Positions 22,901-36,500 of a DNA stretch of 64,000 nucleotides are shown piece after piece. The notes beneath the pieces were generated by a model. It did no database searches. It saw only the letters and a program-made list of their open reading frames with translations, and was not told the DNA's origin. Made by a program: the position numbers and the translations under genes. The DNA comes from Daphnia carinata (lineage: Eukaryota). Every line of letters starts with the position of its first letter. The first letter of the stretch is position 1. Location: the NCBI RefSeq assembly GCF_022539665.2, contig NC_081331.1, positions 9,796,001-9,860,000 of the forward strand, given 5' to 3'.

Positions 22901-25125
22901 CATGGCCACATCTTCCATCCTGTCGGAGAGCATCAATCGGCCGAGGACAGTGTGAGATCTATTGACATAAACAATTTCATCAAAATATTCACTCTAGGCA
23001 AAAATATATATACGGCTGATAGCCATATACAAGAGGGCCAACTTAACACATGCAAAGAAGAGTTAGCCAAATTTAGCCGGCCCCCACCACTTACCGCACG
23101 ATTTGCCGGATACATTCAGGGTCTCTGAGAGCTGTTGCTGATAGCGAAATGTTGAGACTGTTTAGGTAAGCGTCGGATGGTGCGAACATGCTGTAGATTG
23201 AGCGCTGAAGATCCAAACCGATCACAACAGCGGCTGTTACAAATTGATCGTAGGTAATCGTCCTTTGTTTCATAGCCCGTCCGTCTCTTCCATCCTGTTG
23301 TTCTTGTTGCTGTTGCCATTGAGCGTAAGCGGCGGGAAAATTCTCTGGGCTTTTTTCAAATAATTCCAATAAATGCGGATCTGGCGGAGCTGGTGGTTGC
23401 GGTCCCTCTCCGGGTGGCGGCGGAGCAGGCGCTTTCAGCTGGATGCCTATCGTCGAAGGTGGCCGCGGTTCTGACGTTCTCTTCAAGCTCTGACTGTGTG
23501 GTACAGGTGGTCCTTCAGGTTCTTTTAACACACGTAATTGAAACGTTAAACCGCGAGCCGTAACGACCGTTTTGCTGAGTATAGAAAAGAAACTAGCAAT
23601 TATCGATAAATCTGTCTTCCGGACGGTACCACTTTTGTCGGTTGACGATGAGAAGAGTTTTGTAAAGAATTTCGATGGGACAAAGAACAGAAAAAAAAAA
23701 TTCATGCGGCAATTTTAACAGCCCACTGAATCGGCTACTTACCTTGGATATCAAAGTCACGGTATATCCATCTAACGGTTAATGCCAATAAATCAAACGC
23801 GCTTAGCTGCAAACGGAGCTGACCTCATTAGAACTCTAATCCTTGGATAAGTTATGGTTATGTAGGGTTTCTTTTCTTTTTTTTTTTTCTACAAGAGATC
23901 ATAAATATTGATCAAGTGGACAAGGCGGCAGAGAATGTAGCTTCAAATTGTTGTCGATTTTTTTTTCTCTCTCTGTCTGCCAGAAACTTAAAACGGCAAT
24001 GGGCGGCGAGAAAATAATAAAAAAAAAAAGAAGAGGGAAACGGATTAGGCGCCAGGCGTCTGCACGAAGCCGCACGCAATCTGCTGCGCCCGTGAAATTG
24101 ACGAATCCATAATCAAGGACGTGTTGAAAAGCGAATACAAACCCAACTAAAGGCCGAATAAACACATTTTTTTTTTGTAAAGGAAAGCAAAAGAAACGAA
24201 ATAAAGTAAATAAATTTGTGAGAAATGATGACTGAGAAGAGCCATTTGAAACGTGATGTCGTCATTGGCGGCGACGTTTAACTCTTGGCGCTATCAGAAT
24301 CTGAGGGAATGTTTACGAGAAAACATTCTGACAATAAGCGAGAAAAGGAAAGGAGTTGTGTGCGCTTAGATTTCGTGCTAGTCCTCCGGTTGCCCACCCT
24401 GACATCGTCGCGTCCTGACGGGTCTGTTAATGCGCATTTATTCACGCAACACGCGTGCAGCGAGTGAGAAGTGGGGCCCGCTCAAATGGTGGAATGCCAA
24501 AGAGGACAGACCAATGAAGAACGTATGGCCACGATGCTGGCATTATGCACACGTACGACTCACATTTCGATTGCTTGTTTGCCTCACGGACTCACGTTGC
24601 GGAACCGCGACCGTCCCGCGGGCAAGGTCCTTCATTTTCGCTGACGTCACGCAAAGACGACCGTCGTTTTTTTTTTTCTACAAACGACAACAGCGAAAAA
24701 TAAAAGGGAAACCAGAAAACGAAAATGCTTAAGTCTAGAAGCCCAAGCCGAAATTTCCCTGGAAAAAAAAAAAAAATACCACAACAAAAGTATAGGGAAG
24801 AAGGTATTTTCGCTTATCAGTTGGTGGGCATCTCTAAAAGGGGTGCGGAAGACTCAGGTATTTCGGCTGGGCCTCTCTTTCCGCATGAAAAAAATTGATT
24901 TACAAGAAAACTTAAGTGAATTTGCTTTGGCTCGAATACTTTGAACTGTGCGGGGTCTGGCTAATCGGCAAAGAAACGTTTCGTAACTCCCTCAGCAATT
25001 CAACATAAAGTGCAAATGCATGTAATTGATTGTCGTTTACCTCTAAGTTTTTCACGTAGAATTCCTCCATCGATAGGTTCGTTTAATAACGTAAAGACGA
25101 AGCAGCAGAACCAGAAGAGCTTCAT
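19965..25125 (-). CDS. Secreted fasciclin (FAS1)-domain protein, three FAS1 repeats, ~642 aa (periostin/TGFBI/midline fasciclin-like family)
   Basis: Exons: 25125-25041 (signal peptide MKLFWFCCFVFTLL), 24677-24596, 23771-23743, 23521-23095, 22958-22861, 21646-21322, 21165-21002, 20904-20681, 20610-20424, 20350-20264, 20185-19965 (1929 nt, phases consistent). FAS1 H1 motifs SMFAPSD, TVFAPDN, TAFLPAD and H2 motifs YGVVHIIDGL, NGVVHVVRSVL, NGVLHVIDNL. Exons 2-3 are less certain. Confidence 0.85.
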
Positions 25126-28100
25126 CTTGTTCACGTGCCAGATGACGAGGGAAATTTTTGTTTTCCCGTAAAAATACGCGAATGGAATCCGGAATCGAGG
25201 AGGAAAACTGTACCGATCGCGTAAACTGGTTGATGGTGACTGCGCTGTTTCGCTGTCACTGATTTTGCTGTCGAGGTTGTTATTGACCAAACGAGGAAAC
25301 GAGCCCAGAGGGGAGATAAAAATCAGTTTGAGGAGGCCCTTGAAAATAAAAATCTGCGATACGATGCTGTTTCTTTAAAAAAAAAATTTGTAAAAACAAG
25401 AAGAAGAAGAAGAAAGAGGGGTGCAGCAATACCAGAATTTGTGTGTTCGTCGATGACTGTCTTCGTCTGTTCGCGCGAGCTGAGAGAGATGCTGGAGACT
25501 AAGCAGAGCCACGAAGTGCACTGACGCGATTTGTTTGTTTGCCTCTGGTCAAAAACCTGCTGCTGCCGCTGCTGCTCTTGGCGGACGGTGCCAGCTGCAA
25601 GGGGAATCAACGGCACATGTATGACTCCGAGGAGCCGCGTTTACACGGCCAAACTCGTTGCTGGAATCCTCCCAGCAAGAGATGAAGAAGGAACAACAAG
25701 GCACTGGTTCCAAAAATACATGGGGTCTGTTCCAAGAATTATACGCGTGTTTTTGTTGTATAGGTCGGTGATGTTTTTTTTTGTTGTTTTTTTTTCATTT
25801 ATTCAAATTAGCTACACGCAAATGACTCGATGGCCCGTGACCCCCCACTGAATCTCTCGTCTCTTGAACTTGTCTCTTTCGGCTATTTCGAAAGTAATTA
25901 GAAATGCAGCACGACGGGATAGTGGAGCCTACAATCCAACAAATAAAATTCTCCGAGTTGTGGTACATCTGAGAGAAAAAGGTGAGTTGGCACTATTGTT
26001 TAATCGTCATTCATTTTGGCTTTGCTCGTAAAGCGATTATGCATACGTTCGCGAAATGTTTTGTTTCTGTTAATAATCTTGTTACATGCATTTTTTTTTT
26101 CAAAGAATGCTGAGGCTCGTCCTTTTGTTTAGTTAACGTTTTCACGGCCAACTCCGTGACGAGGGAAAGTCAAACGCTTTGTCTTTGGAATTTCACGCCC
26201 ATGTGGGCAGCGCCGCAACAGCCCTCGAAAAATCATGATCTAGCGATTCAAGTTTGTTCCGCTTTTGTTAAGAGTGCACATTTGAAAAATAAACAAAGAA
26301 AAAGTGAAAAATCTGTTTTAAAACTAGAAAATATTCCGCATGCCTGTCTCTCTCTCTCTCGCTCTTTTTTTTCGTGACGATTCAAAATGACCGCCGGCGC
26401 GGAACTATTCTGGTTGGGAATGGTCGATCGTGCGGTGATCATTTCGACTATGTAATTCTTCTTTTATATTTTTTTATTCGTCTTTCTATTTTTGCCTTCG
26501 AGTCTTCATGATTCATAGCTCCTTTTGAAGAGTCGTGTACGAAGGTCGTAAACCTCTTCGTCGATGTGCAGTTCTAATGTAACCCATCCATCACTTGCAT
26601 ACATTTTTATCGTCTGGAAGTTGAATATAATATTACGTTATCAAACTTTACACTGGGATTGATGGAGTTGTCTAGCCATCTACTGAGTAGGTGTTGAAGT
26701 TGGTTTCGCTCTTACTCTCTTTGGCTGTTTCATTGAACGTTTATGTTTTTTGTTTTTTTTTTCACCTCTTGCCAATCAGCGCAAACAGTTTGAGAGGGGC
26801 GTGGTAGACATCGTTTGATAAAAAAGAAACATAAAAATCGCAAGGCTCGAGTTGATTGGAACGTGATTGGGTCTGGATTTCGAGTTGTAGGAAAGTTGGA
26901 GTTAATCAGTTGGAAAACTTCAAAAAGGGAAAAGTGAATCGGATTATAATGTCTTTTGGAAATTTCAAATCTAATTGTTGAGCGTGATTCACTGAACAGG
27001 CGCTAGAATCAGCCTGGCTGACAAGTCAATTTCTATTCAGGATGTTATAGCCTGATTATCCGTCGGTGGGCGACATGGCCAAAACGGACAATTCTATCCC
27101 AACTGGCTGTAAATAAGTGGCTCACCTTACCGAGATAAACGAAGATTGTTGGGCAGTGTCCAATTGGAGTATGACGAACGAAATTACGACTTCAGCTGTC
27201 CGCAGATGAAGTAAAGTGTAACGAAAAGCGCAAAGAAGTTACCCTGTCCTGCACTTGATAGACCCGTCAATTGACCAACAGCGTCCTGGGTGTTTTTTTG
27301 TGTTTTCTTTTTCCTGGAACGAATCTTTTTTCCTTGAAAGTCTACTGATTAACTACGAGCAATTGAGCGCAGCACTACGATGTTTCCGGTTTTTACACTT
27401 TCACTTAGTGAAACAGAGACTTATACCAAAGCTGAACTGCTCAGCTGCACTGCACGTGTCATTTAGTTCGCTTTTGTAGGTAAGGCTTAAAAGTAGGGAC
27501 TGGGTGATGAAACAATGTGACTAAAAGAAAAGCGACCATCATGGATTTTACATCCCCCTCCCACAATTGCAGAATTTTTTTACCCAACAAACTGGAAATT
27601 ACCGGAATGATGAACAAAATGGGCTGGGGAAAGAAACACAAAAAAGGGAACAACAATAAAAGAAAAAAAATCAGTGCAGATAGGATAATGGAGAAAACAA
27701 TCACTTGGGGCAGTAAAATAAGAAAGGCATTAACCCAATAACCGCCTGAAATGGGACATTTACCGTGATATTACTTACTTGTCGGTTAAGTAAATTAAAT
27801 CTAGTTCGGTTAACGGCCACTTCCTTCTACAACATACCCAGATTCACTAAACTCTACAACGTTAATAAGACAAAATAATAAGAAATAATAATTTTAAAAG
27901 TCAACTTATTAACAAAGTCTGCGAATCAAGTTATTAATTATATTATTGCATGTGTTATAATATACATGGTTGCTAAAAACATACAAATATCGTCTCAAAT
28001 GCGGATCCGAGAAGAGTCGAACCTCGGAAATCTGGATAGAAGACCACAATCATTATCAATACGCCATGACATAGCTGTAAGTCAATTAATAGCGACCCCT

Positions 28101-28414
28101 ATTTTAGCAGGTGTCGATCAAAGACAAATTCGATTTGCATGTGCGGTCCTGGTACAGTGTTTATTAACCCTCCACTTGTAATTCATTGTCCCGTGTTTCA
28201 TTCGCGCTTCCTCAAAATTCCAAAACCCTTCCATGTCCTCCCACCCCTCCCACGATACCCCCCCCCCTCTCCATGCCATTACTTCTTTCCAACTATGTAC
28301 ATGCTTCACATCATTTTTCGTGGGAACGGAAAACTCTACACGTCGCTCAACAACGCGTTTGACTGTTCTCTACACCTCAACACTCTCCAAACGGGCATGC
28401 ATCAATTCTCCGTC

Positions 28415-28471
28415 ATTGGATATGCTTCAATACTTCGCAATTGGATATGCTTCAATCCTTCAATACTTCGC
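28415..28471. repeat. Short imperfect tandem duplication (attggatatgcttcaatacttcgc x2)
   Basis: Read directly from the sequence. Confidence 0.8.
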
Positions 28472-30555
28472 CTAATATGAAGGCAAAAGAGCTAAAAACG
28501 ACACGGAGGCATTACCATATTCAAAAAACAATACGACACGTATGGCACCTACACAAGAACTCGATACGTTTACAGACGATCCTCGGTCTAGTAGTACCGT
28601 CCACTACAGCATAAAAATAGAGTCCGCTAACTTGATGGAGAACTGGTAGCTTGTAGGATGTTCGTTAGACTTCTATCTCCAACAAGGTGGGGCAGGCAGC
28701 CAATTATCGAGCAACGACCCTCTTCAATACCCGCAACCCTTTTTTTTTTTTTTTTTTTTTTACATATAATGTATAATAGCAACTTATAATGAAACAGCGA
28801 ATGTCTGCAGTAGCAGGTTTCTTATTAATGTATGTCTATAGCCAGCAAACTTCCCTCCGTCGATATAGGTAATTACCACGAGCGAAGAAGAAGATGGAAA
28901 TCACAGATGGTTCATCAAAGGCAAATATGTTTAGCTTGCCAATATTCTTTAAACTTAGCTTGCCAATCTGCATGACTTTAACGTCACAGTCTGATTACTG
29001 GTTTTAGCCAGTTTGGTGGTGACCGCATGCAACATCACGACTCGTCCTTGCGGTGGCGTGCATGTCAGCTGATCAATTTACGTTTGTGGTCAGGCAAAAT
29101 GTGAAGGTTTCTTGGAATTTGCATCAAAACAAAATTGGCACGCTTATAATCACCAGGGAGAATTCTAACAGCGTTAGCTTTTTACAACATCGTTTATCAC
29201 GCAACCTTATATCTTAGATCCATACAGCCCTATCAATCGCAACAAATTCTTAATTGTTTACAATAGCCACCACATGATGTTACGTAACGTTCAATACGTA
29301 AGATAGCATTAAAAACATATTATATAATGTTATTTAACCAGACCAATAGTTTTTTAAAGTTTGATTTTATTAAACTACTTAATTGTTTATTAGAAAATTC
29401 CATACTCGTAGTCGTGATTGACATCTTCGTGCTCCAAGTGGCGAGTTTGTATCTTATCCCGAGGATAATTGGTAATGCCGTTATAAACCTTATTTTTTAA
29501 AATGAAAATGGATCTACGCACATTAAAAACTACTTAGCAGTTGCTATGTTAATAAGGATACTAATTACCAATTTAAATGCTCAATTAAAACAGTAAATAT
29601 TGATCAAAATGCAAACAGCACTAGTCCCTTTTCCACTTGTCGATACCTCGAAGCTGTTTAAAATCTTGCTCAGTCCTCATGCCCTCGGTCTAACGTAACA
29701 TATGTAGCTCATTTTTATTGGAATGGTTCCCGTGTCAACTAAGAAAACTAGCAGCTCAGCACAGTAGTAGTGAAGAATGAACCACCAAACGCTATAACCA
29801 TATTGCATGCGCAGTTTCACGCGAAATAGAAGGGCTGTATAGCCCGGTGGCCAATTCGCACTTTTCATCGTTTTTCTTTTACTGTCAACCTACAACCAGA
29901 AGGCGATTACAAACCTCCTCCGTGATCACGTAAGAGAAAACGGGACCATGTATTCTTTTTCCGTTGAAAACCATCCAGAAGAAAAAAAAATGGTACACTT
30001 AGCCGGTAGATGGCCCTAGTTCCACATTTGGGGAATTCAATAACAAAGTGAAAATATACCAGCGGCTAGCAAAAAGACGAGACTCTGCGCTCGAGTATCG
30101 TGATTGAATTACGAAAGAGAAAGAAAAAAGGGAAGGCAAACAAAACAAAAAAATGAACTTCCGTTCGACTTATCAATCCAGTTAGACTGCTTGGCGTTAT
30201 TGGATACAAGCAACCAGTATCCTTATACCTTTGCTGCTTTTTCCTTGTCCCAATCGCCAAAGTTTTCTCGTTCTTGATTTTTTGTTTGATGTTTCCTTTT
30301 GATACTCTCTCTCTTAAAATCTGTTTTCGTCTTTGATTTCGCTGACGGCGACAGAAGAAACGAAATTACAGATAGCGCCTCGCAGCTATTAAACGATCCT
30401 CTCTCTTGTTTTTTTCTTTTCCTAACGGAAATTTTTCTTCTTCTTTCGCATCGCCCGGAAAAAAATAAAAGAACAACGGCCCAGGTAAATACAACGTTGC
30501 CTTTTTAATAATTTTTTTTCTTTTCTCAGTTTGGCAGTTGGCTACCTGCAAAAGA

Positions 30556-30574
30556 ATGGACTTTGCAGCCGCAG
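30556..30574 (+). other. Candidate distal coding micro-exon (MDFAAA) for the FAM107 gene
   Basis: ATG GAC TTT GCA GCC GCA G|gtagga ends in phase 1, compatible with the phase-1 acceptor at 40864. An upstream acceptor ttttctcag lies at ~30529. Confidence 0.3.
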
Positions 30575-33500
30575 GTAGGAAGGAGGTACAAATTGGTTTC
30601 TGCGCTGCGTTCCGATGAGGTTCAGTCACCCCTCAGCATTGGCCAGAAGAAGAAGACGCTTTGAAACGGACCGTTTCTGAGTACGATTTAGCCCGTGTTT
30701 CATTTGTTTGTTCTCGCCTTCTTATCATCCGTCGTCGGTCGTGTTTTCAAGACGTTCCGCGTTCATTCGGTTTCGTGACTTGGTGTAACAGCCGTTCGTT
30801 AGTTGCTTTAGTGTCAACCGGAATAACCACAAACTTGAGAACAACAACAAAACCTGCCTAGACGTTTATCATTTGTTTTGTTATCCGTTGCCGAACGTTG
30901 GGTGTTACCTCGTCAAGTTTCCGTGATATTTCCATCGAAAGGTGAGAGTGACCACTTTTTAAACAATCGTGCTTTCGCCCTACCCCCCTGTTTTCGACCT
31001 GTCCATGTGGATGGAAAAACCTCGAGTCACGATCTGTGTGTAATATGAGAGAGTGCGACCGGTTTAGCGTTTCCATTTGTCTGCAATTTGAATAATGCCA
31101 AAGAAGGGCGTATTCCTATTCGATTTATCGGTTTGCGGAATGTCTTTTCGGATTTCTTTTTCCGTTTTTTTGTTTTGTTTTTTGCAACCATTGCTTTTAC
31201 TCCTTGTTAGACAAGGAATCGATCACCGGCGTGAAATTTTGATCACGAACTTCCCGACGTAGAAGGAAAAAAAAATGTCTTTTCCTTTTTTAAAACTTTA
31301 TCTTGCAATTTTGAGCTCTGCAATTTCACTCTCTCTACTTAAAAAAATAAAAACGATATCCTTCCGGCTATTCCGGCCAGGTGCCATTTTCTTTCGAGTA
31401 TGACGAGGCTGTGGAATTGAAACGCTTCGACTAGCCGCATGTGTTTTTGTTGCCCATTTGATTTCAAAGCCTCGTACACAAGCAAGCTGTTATCTAAAGA
31501 GGGTATCTTAACTCCGCCGTAACACCTACATTTAAAAAATGTCGCTCCAATAGCAAGATGTTACTCTTGCGTGACCAGCATCTCAAGCCAATTCTCAGTG
31601 CTCGCTGTTAACAGCCACATGAATAAGATTTCTCTTTACTTTTCCCCCCTACTGATTAAAACCGTACCTTTTTTTAAATGTTGTACAGCATCTGGTTGCA
31701 TCCAGCTAGTCGTATACGCAATCATTTGTTTTTTGTTTTTTTTCCTACTCTCTACATTGGGAATTTTCGACGTGTGAGTTCAACTGCCTCGAGTAGTTTG
31801 TTGCTGCCCAGACAATAAAAGGGGGGCGGATCTGGCGATCTTTTCGCGGAACTGTTAACCTTTTTTGTTCTGTTGAAACGAAAGTTTTTCTCTAAGGCAA
31901 ACTACTCCTCCTGCGCCAAGCTTACCCAGCCTTCCATTAGACAGGTATCCATCAAAATCATAGGCACAAACGGTTCAACGTTATCGACCTTGAGATCCAA
32001 ACTGTCTGGCATGTCAGTTATGTCAAATGGACATTTAAAAAATTATCTAAATTTTAAAACCTTAGGCTTAAAAAAAAAATGGAAAAACACAAAACTTGAA
32101 TCAAATTTTTATGACTTGCGTTCGTCTGTTACCAACCGCATTTTTTCCGTGCGTTTATTTCCACCTTTTTTTACTGCTATTTTAGCCTTATAAACAACAG
32201 ATATAACAATAAGAGGAACAAGGCATTGCAACAATCGACGGGAAATGGTTTTTATTCTTTCAAACTTTTTTTTTAACGTCTTTCAACAACAAGCGATGAA
32301 CGAAACTCCGATGATAACGATCAAATTGTCGGTTTTTGTTCTCTACTTCCTCGTCGTTTATTTTCGAAATGAACGATCGAGAATCGGCAAGATATTTCCA
32401 GCCAGTTTGTCCTTGCAGCGATTAAGACAATGTCGAAACAAAACGACCGTAACGAACGCCGAATTCTTTCTTTTACTATTCTTTAAAGAAATTCGTCATT
32501 TCCTTCCTGTTGTAGTACGTGCTGAACGGGTAGGAAAAAAAAACATAAAGGACACACATAGCGACCGAATGACCTGACCTGCTAACTCTGAACATTATGA
32601 TTTCTCTGCATGCAAACTGCGACGTCTATTTTTAAAATTCCGTTTCTTTTGAACGCGTAATGCTCGGCTTTGTTCTTTATTACACGTTAGATAACTCCCT
32701 CCATTCGATATCATATAACTTGTATTCTAGAACCGCTATGTAGTTAACATTGCTCACCAGACGGTTTTTCTCAAAGCAAGTTGAACTCTAGGCAAAGTTC
32801 TTCATGACATTCGTCGACGTCGACGTGTACGTCAGAGAAAAACATTTCTTTTTTTTTTTTCTTTCCCAAGCAGTAAACATTGTGCGCAATAACAAACGCT
32901 GGGATTTTTTTCCTAAATGCTGACGTCTTTGGAAAAACAAAAAAACATGTAGAAACCAACACATGCCATTTGGTCTTGCGTCTAAAAGGACCGCAGGCAG
33001 AGCAGCAGGTCAGGTAGCGGTGGCTTTCACGGGGGGTAACATGTTTTTTATTTTAAAAATCCACCAAACAAAATTCTCGGGAGTTGGAAGGACAACAAGA
33101 TGAACCGGTAATATATACATTTTTTTTTTTTTTTCTGAAGATGAAATCAACAATTACGTACACAGCCAATACGATTGACGAAAAAAACCCCAACTTGATA
33201 ACCATGAGGGTCTACAGACAAGTTGAGGCACCCGACAATTTTTTATCTTTCTCTTCTATCTTCTTTTTCTTTTTTGACAAACTTGACGCCCTGAGTAACG
33301 GGAGCGTGTTCAGAAGCAATTGCTGGTAGCTACACGTTCTTGAAAGATAGCAGCGAAACCACATGCGGCACAAACTCGCATCGCTGTCTTCTTTTTTTCG
33401 CCAATGATTTAGCACGTCGTCTTTCTCCGCTTACTAGATCGCACGGTCAGTCTACTGCTTTCAAAGTTCTTTTTTAACGCATGATCGTGTTCTGTACACA

Positions 33501-36500
33501 CTGACCGACCGTTGCACTCGCCAGTTGTTCATGTATAAACAAGTAACGGACGTTAGACTTGCATTTAAGGCCTCTGTAAATACTCAAAGCTTGACAAAAT
33601 GTTAAAACAGCCTCGTTTTAGATTTCACGTTTACGTCATTTACACGAGAGTCTTTGACTATCAAACAGAGGAGACAGGGAAATTAATCTTTTGCCAAACT
33701 GTCGGGATTTACGCCGCACGCAGACGGGCTTCGAGTAACCGGATCGTATAGAAAAAGATTGAAAGATCATCCTTGTCAAAGCCTCGTGCGTGATCTTGCC
33801 TGTTGAAGGTTACCTTCCCACGACATTGTTTAACTTTTTGGTTTACGTGTGTTTTTAGTTTGCTGTGCAGTGCATAGAAACTCACATCTTCCGTGACATT
33901 TTTCGCCATCTGACGGTTACTAAACATGTGTTTTCTTTCTCTCTCTCTCTCATTCTAAGAATAACTATGCGTATAATTTTTTATCGGCGGATGTGTCTAT
34001 TTAGGCCCACGAATAAAATAAAACGCAGCCCTGTGAATCCGATCTATTTCGTAAGGTTTTTTTTTTTGCTTTAAACACAAACTTTTGAACTGGAAACATT
34101 TCCCACCTTGTATTGAGCCGTGAAGTTGTTGTTCCGTCTAGCGCATCTGTTTCCACACGTCTGCAACGATCGGGCGAATAATTTGTCCGCGTTCAAACAT
34201 TTTTTCCCCGTTTATACCTTAGCTTGCTGCTGACGCTAAGATCATCCCAACTTGCTCGAGAACTCACGTAAGAAAAAAAAAAAGATAACACAAGGAAGCA
34301 GTAAATTAAACGTGGCTGTTGCCCTTTTGTTGTTCGAGTACCACGAGGAACTATATTACTGTTATTCTTGTTTTTCTTTATGGCACCTGTTAAGCGTGAC
34401 TCGCATTCCGTCATTTGGTTCGCTACATTTAACACAATAGATAAAGTCAGCGAATTTGTGGATTTTATCGTTAACTTTCCTCTTTTAGGGGAAACCAATA
34501 GGGCATTTTTCTTTTTTTATCGAATCGCTAAATCTACCGCATTTCGATAATTGGCCGAGTACGAATCTCCCACGTTGTAGCGGCTACGTAAAGGTAATGT
34601 TGTAACGTGAAATCAAAGTTCGTGCCAAAAACTCCATCGCCAACCCATACTTTTTTTTTGTCTTATTTATGCGCCTGTTACACAGACACGCACGCCCAAA
34701 ATATAACGATGACGTAAGAAACGGGTGTGGAACTAAAAAAAAAAAAAGGCCGACTGAACGAATCTGGCACGCACGTCCGGTATCAGCGTGACGGTCGTGG
34801 TGCCGGTCAATATTGTACGGCCTCATCCTCATCCTTTTTTTTTTTTTTTTTTTAGAAGATATTGAATACACTCTACACTTACACACCGACACGCATACGA
34901 TACAGAAAGATTGGGGATTTTAAAATTAAGCTGTGCCACGCTTAGCTGTTACGACCTGTTTATTTTGAACGCGTTTAGGTGCCAGAAACGAAGCGGGGGA
35001 AAAACAAATGAATACATCCATGCCAACTGGAGGAAAACTTTGTGAAGTTTTTCCTGGTATTTCGTGTACAGATTTGGCCCCGAAAAAAAAAAATTAGAGC
35101 CTATACTGATTATTTTGTAGGCTTTGTTTCTGTACAATTGTAGAAACATCTCGTTTTGGACATCCTGTACATTTCCTGGTCTATTTCTGTGATAAGTGAA
35201 CCGCCCTAGAGCCCAGATAAGAATCTGTTTATTCTCTGTTTTTCCTCGCTTGTTTTAAAGATCTTTTGTGTCTAATTAGAAACTCGGGTTTACACTCGGT
35301 TTTAAGTCGACAATTATCAACAGATCCTTATCTGTTGATGGTTTTCCCTTAAAGTACCGAGTCATCACCATTTACAAGAAGCTATGGTCTGTTTCTTGGT
35401 AAAAGAAACATGGAAAGAGACAGATGAGAGCCTCAAACGATAGAGTTGAAAGAAACCTTGATGACAAGACAAAAGAGAATTTATTTCTGGTAAATGTCTT
35501 TAGAAAGTGTCGTGGAGAAAAGATCCATAGTCGGCACGCTTCTCGTATTTGTGCGCACCAGGTGTAAACGATACCTGAAAAAAAAAAAAAAAATAGCGAG
35601 AAGAAAAAGGAGAAAGTTTTCTTCTGAGGTTCTTCTTCACTCTCTTAAATTATTTGAATCGTTTTCTATTAAAGAGGTGCTCAGAAAAGAAGTAGGATGC
35701 GGCCGCGTGAAGAGAAAACAATTTCTAGTTATCAGTCGGCCATCATCAGACCTCAAAATGGTAAATAAAACACGAAAGACAAAAAAAAGAGGAAAGAGTT
35801 TTGTAGACGTTCATCTTTTTTTTTCAGCTCTCACGAGATCAGGGAAAAGCAGGACGTGCGAAATACAAACACACACGGCGTGTGGCTCCAATTTGAGTGT
35901 CTCATTAAAAGAAAAAAACGCAGCGCACCTACTTGTATTTTATGATTATGGAGTTTTTCTTTTTAAGACCTTCCTTTATGTATATTGTTTTCCCTTTTTT
36001 TTCATTTTGGCTTTCGCAACTCTATGGAAAAGAGAGAAAGAGATGAATGCAGCAATTGAGAAAACGAGAGTTTCGGTGGGCGGTTTCGATTTCTCCCCGC
36101 ATCGGTCGCACGTAATTCACCCAGCGTTTTCCGTCACGGAATGTTTCGTGCGGTTTGCTGATGAATCGATGACGTTGCTTATTTTTGCGGTGGTAGCATT
36201 GCGTTAGCCGGATGTATCTCTAGCCTCTCCCCCCCACCCCCCACTATTTAAAATCCCCAAGATAAGTCCCACAAAAAAAAATGTTTTCAATGATTTTCTT
36301 TCACCGACAACCGGGTTCCGATCACTTGGCAAGGATGTGTCGAAATCTGATGGGCGTGAGCCTCATTTTTTTCTTACAATCCTTGTGAAAAAAAAAAAAA
36401 GAAACCCTCCTTCCGTAGGAGGATAAAAGAGATTTGTTTACATCTTATCCATCGCTGTTATCTCATCTATGGCACTTATTTTTCAAAAGATTTTTTGAAT

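Noticed and set aside
23522..23705. N-terminal part of the 204-aa minus-strand ORF as coding
   Set aside because: Its upstream acceptors have a phase incompatible with the preceding exon; treated as intron read-through.
28240..28267. G-quadruplex-capable C-tracts
   Set aside because: No nearby feature gives them meaning, and such tracts are common.
35494..36207. 237-aa ORF
   Set aside because: Homopolymer-driven K/F-rich translation with no motif and no splice support; a chance ORF.
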